Below are positions 62,139 through 64,000 of a stretch of DNA of 64,000 nucleotides, piece after piece. Each line of letters begins with the position of its first letter. Position 1 is the first letter of the stretch. This DNA comes from an uncultured Gemmatimonadales bacterium. Its GTDB lineage: Bacteria > Gemmatimonadota > Gemmatimonadetes > Gemmatimonadales > Gemmatimonadaceae. The notes beneath the pieces were generated by a model that saw nothing but the letters and a program-made list of their open reading frames with translations, was not told the origin of the DNA and did no database searches. Where the stretch lies: NCBI GenBank assembly GCA_963850905.1, contig CAWKMU010000003.1, positions 2,784,001-2,848,000 on the forward strand, written 5' to 3'. A program made the position numbers and the translations under genes.

Positions 62139-64000
62139 GTGCAGCTGGACGAGCGATATCGCTTCGACAACTTCGTCGTTGGCTCTGCCAACCGGCTGGC
62201 GGCAGCTGCCGCTCGAGCTGTGGCCGAAGCCCCGGGCACGACCTACAACCCGCTCGTGATCTACGGGGCGACGGGCCTCGGGAAGACGCACCTGCTAGGC
62301 GCCATCGGCAGCCACGCCGCCAGCCTCCAGCCCGGCTTGCATGTGGACGCACTCGCGCTGGACGAGTTTGTGCGTCAGCTCCACGCGGCCGTATCGGTGG
62401 GCGAGGTCGATGCTTTTCGACAGCGGTATGCGCACGCCGACATGCTCCTGATCGACGATATCCAGTTCCTCACGGGCCGGCGGGAGACACAGACGGAGTT
62501 GCTGCGGTTGTGCCAGTCGCTGCAAGACAGCGGACGCCAGATCGTATTGACCAGCGACCGCCCGCCCACCGAGATCACGGATGTGGACGATCGCCTCGTC
62601 GCACGGCTGGCGGGTGGTCTGGTCGTCGACATCGGAGTCCCGGACTATGAGACGCGGGCTGCAATGCTCGCGACCTGGTGCCAGGAGCGGAGCGTGCAAT
62701 GCGGGCCCGGTGTCATCGAGGAGTTGGCGCGCCTCGATCTGCGCAACATTCGTGAGCTGCAGGGCGCGCTGACTCGCGTTGTCGCATACCAGACTCTCGG
62801 GCCCAATGGACGAACGATCGAGGTCAGTGACGTGCGTCGGTTGTTCGCGGCCCAGTCCGAGCGGCGTCGCACGGACACACGAGGGACCGGTGAGCCGCGC
62901 ACGCCATCCGCCAATGGTGCCGCGCCGGAAGCGGGTGAATACCTGAATTTCCTGTCCGACATGGCCAGCGCGGTCGCCCAGCATGTCGAGCCGTGGCGCA
63001 TGCAGCTCGCCGAGGCAGCGGCGTACTGGGCGGGCGAGGGGTATCGACCGGCAATCCTCGAGCGCGCGCTGCACGCGAGTGTGGACCCTGGAAGCGAAAG
63101 CGTGCTCAATGCCTACGTCGCGACGATTGAGCGCCTGCGCGCGCTCGAGACGGAGGTCCTGCAGATCGACCCGTCCGTGGCGGGCACTGACGTCTTCCGG
63201 GATCCGGAGCGTGTCGCCGAAGCCGAGGGATTGTTGACCCGTGTGCGCGCCGGCACCACTCCGCCTTCGGGGCCATCGACCGAGTTCACCCGTCGTGGCT
63301 TTGCGGTGGGCAACTCCAATGAGCTGGCGGTGCGTGCCGCGGATGCGGTCGTGTCGGAACCGGGCCGCCGGTTCAATCCGCTCTTCGTCCACGGACCGAG
63401 TGGCGTCGGCAAAACGCATCTCCTCAATGCGATCGGCAACGGGCTCGTGGCCGCACGACAGGGTCGCAGTGTCGTGGCGTGCGTGGGCGCCCAATTACTC
63501 ATCGATGAGCTGATCGATGCGCTGCGAGAGGGACAGGTAGAACGGTGGCGGCGCCGCTACCGGGCCACGGATGCACTGCTCATCGACGACGTCCATTTCC
63601 TGGCAGGGAAGGAGCGGACGCAAGAGGAGTTCTTTCACGTCTTCAATGACCTGTACGCCGCCGGCAAGCAGATCGTGCTGACGAGCGATCGCCCGCCGCA
63701 AGCGCTGGCGGAGCTCGAGGGACGACTCCAGTCACGGTTCGCGGGAGGTCTCGTGGCGGAAATCCAACCGCCGGACCACGACCTGAGAGAGAAGCTCTTT
63801 ACCCACTACCTCAGGACCACGACCGCCGGCCGTGACACTGCACTGGCCGAGTACCTCGCCGCGCAACCCGTTGCGAATGCGCGTGAGATCCTCGGAGTGG
63901 TCAATCGCCTGGCCGCCGCCGCGGAGATGGCGGCCGTGTCGCTCACCCTCGATTTCGCTCGGACCCAGCTGGAAGCCGGAGGAACCGCGGACCCGACGCC
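62139..64000 (+). CDS. DnaA/Hda-family protein with two tandem AAA+ modules (3'-truncated by the window)
   Basis: Manual translation from GTG 62139 (GGAGGG RBS): YRFDNFVVGSANRLA..NPLVIYGATGLGKTHLL..LLIDDIQFL; second module NPLFVHGPSGVGKTHLL..LLIDDVHFLAGKERTQEEFFH; open to the end; absent from the ORF track. Confidence 0.92.
   Translation, partial: MQLDERYRFDNFVVGSANRLAAAAARAVAEAPGTTYNPLVIYGATGLGKTHLLGAIGSHAASLQPGLHVDALALDEFVRQLHAAVSVGEVDAFRQRYAHADMLLIDDIQFLTGRRETQTELLRLCQSLQDSGRQIVLTSDRPPTEITDVDDRLVARLAGGLVVDIGVPDYETRAAMLATWCQERSVQCGPGVIEELARLDLRNIRELQGALTRVVAYQTLGPNGRTIEVSDVRRLFAAQSERRRTDTRGTGEPRTPSANGAAPEAGEYLNFLSDMASAVAQHVEPWRMQLAEAAAYWAGEGYRPAILERALHASVDPGSESVLNAYVATIERLRALETEVLQIDPSVAGTDVFRDPERVAEAEGLLTRVRAGTTPPSGPSTEFTRRGFAVGNSNELAVRAADAVVSEPGRRFNPLFVHGPSGVGKTHLLNAIGNGLVAARQGRSVVACVGAQLLIDELIDALREGQVERWRRRYRATDALLIDDVHFLAGKERTQEEFFHVFNDLYAAGKQIVLTSDRPPQALAELEGRLQSRFAGGLVAEIQPPDHDLREKLFTHYLRTTTAGRDTALAEYLAAQPVANAREILGVVNRLAAAAEMAAVSLTLDFARTQLEAGGTADPT

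Noticed and set aside
62139..64000. Canonical dnaA / replication origin
   Set aside because: No domain I, duplicated AAA+ module, no AT-rich or DnaA-box region and no rpmH upstream; it follows mglA by 13 bp

Overview
GC-rich bacterial chromosomal segment. Gene order and protein styles suggest Gemmatimonadota (inference only). I see no rRNA, tRNA, CRISPR array, prophage or transposase. Left half (1-38.6 kb): accessory secreted and lipoprotein genes, mtnA, an imuA-imuB-dnaE2 mutasome cassette with a candidate TTCG-N7-TTCG operator, aroH, infA, a lytic transglycosylase, aceA, a GH144/ABC/GH1 sugar locus (GH1 has an in-frame TGA), and htpX/lemA. Right half (38.7-64 kb) is one plus-strand run: tilS-hpt-ftsH(two frameshifts)-folP-cdaA-yggS-divIVA-PNP-ileS(type 2, GIHH)-dksA-like-lspA-rluD. 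It continues into the most striking locus: cheW-cheY-cheA-cheC, a large TPR protein, DUF4388-TPR, three Roadblock/MglB-like proteins, an MglA GTPase, and an ORF missing from the supplied track that encodes two tandem DnaA-type AAA+ modules and runs off the window end. The window also carries two families of small palindromic repeats: GTAG-type REPs, three of them translated in-frame inside imuB and dnaE2, and hairpins whose arms are tandem 7-mers. Small indels in ftsH and sixA suggest consensus errors, so single-base anomalies need caution.
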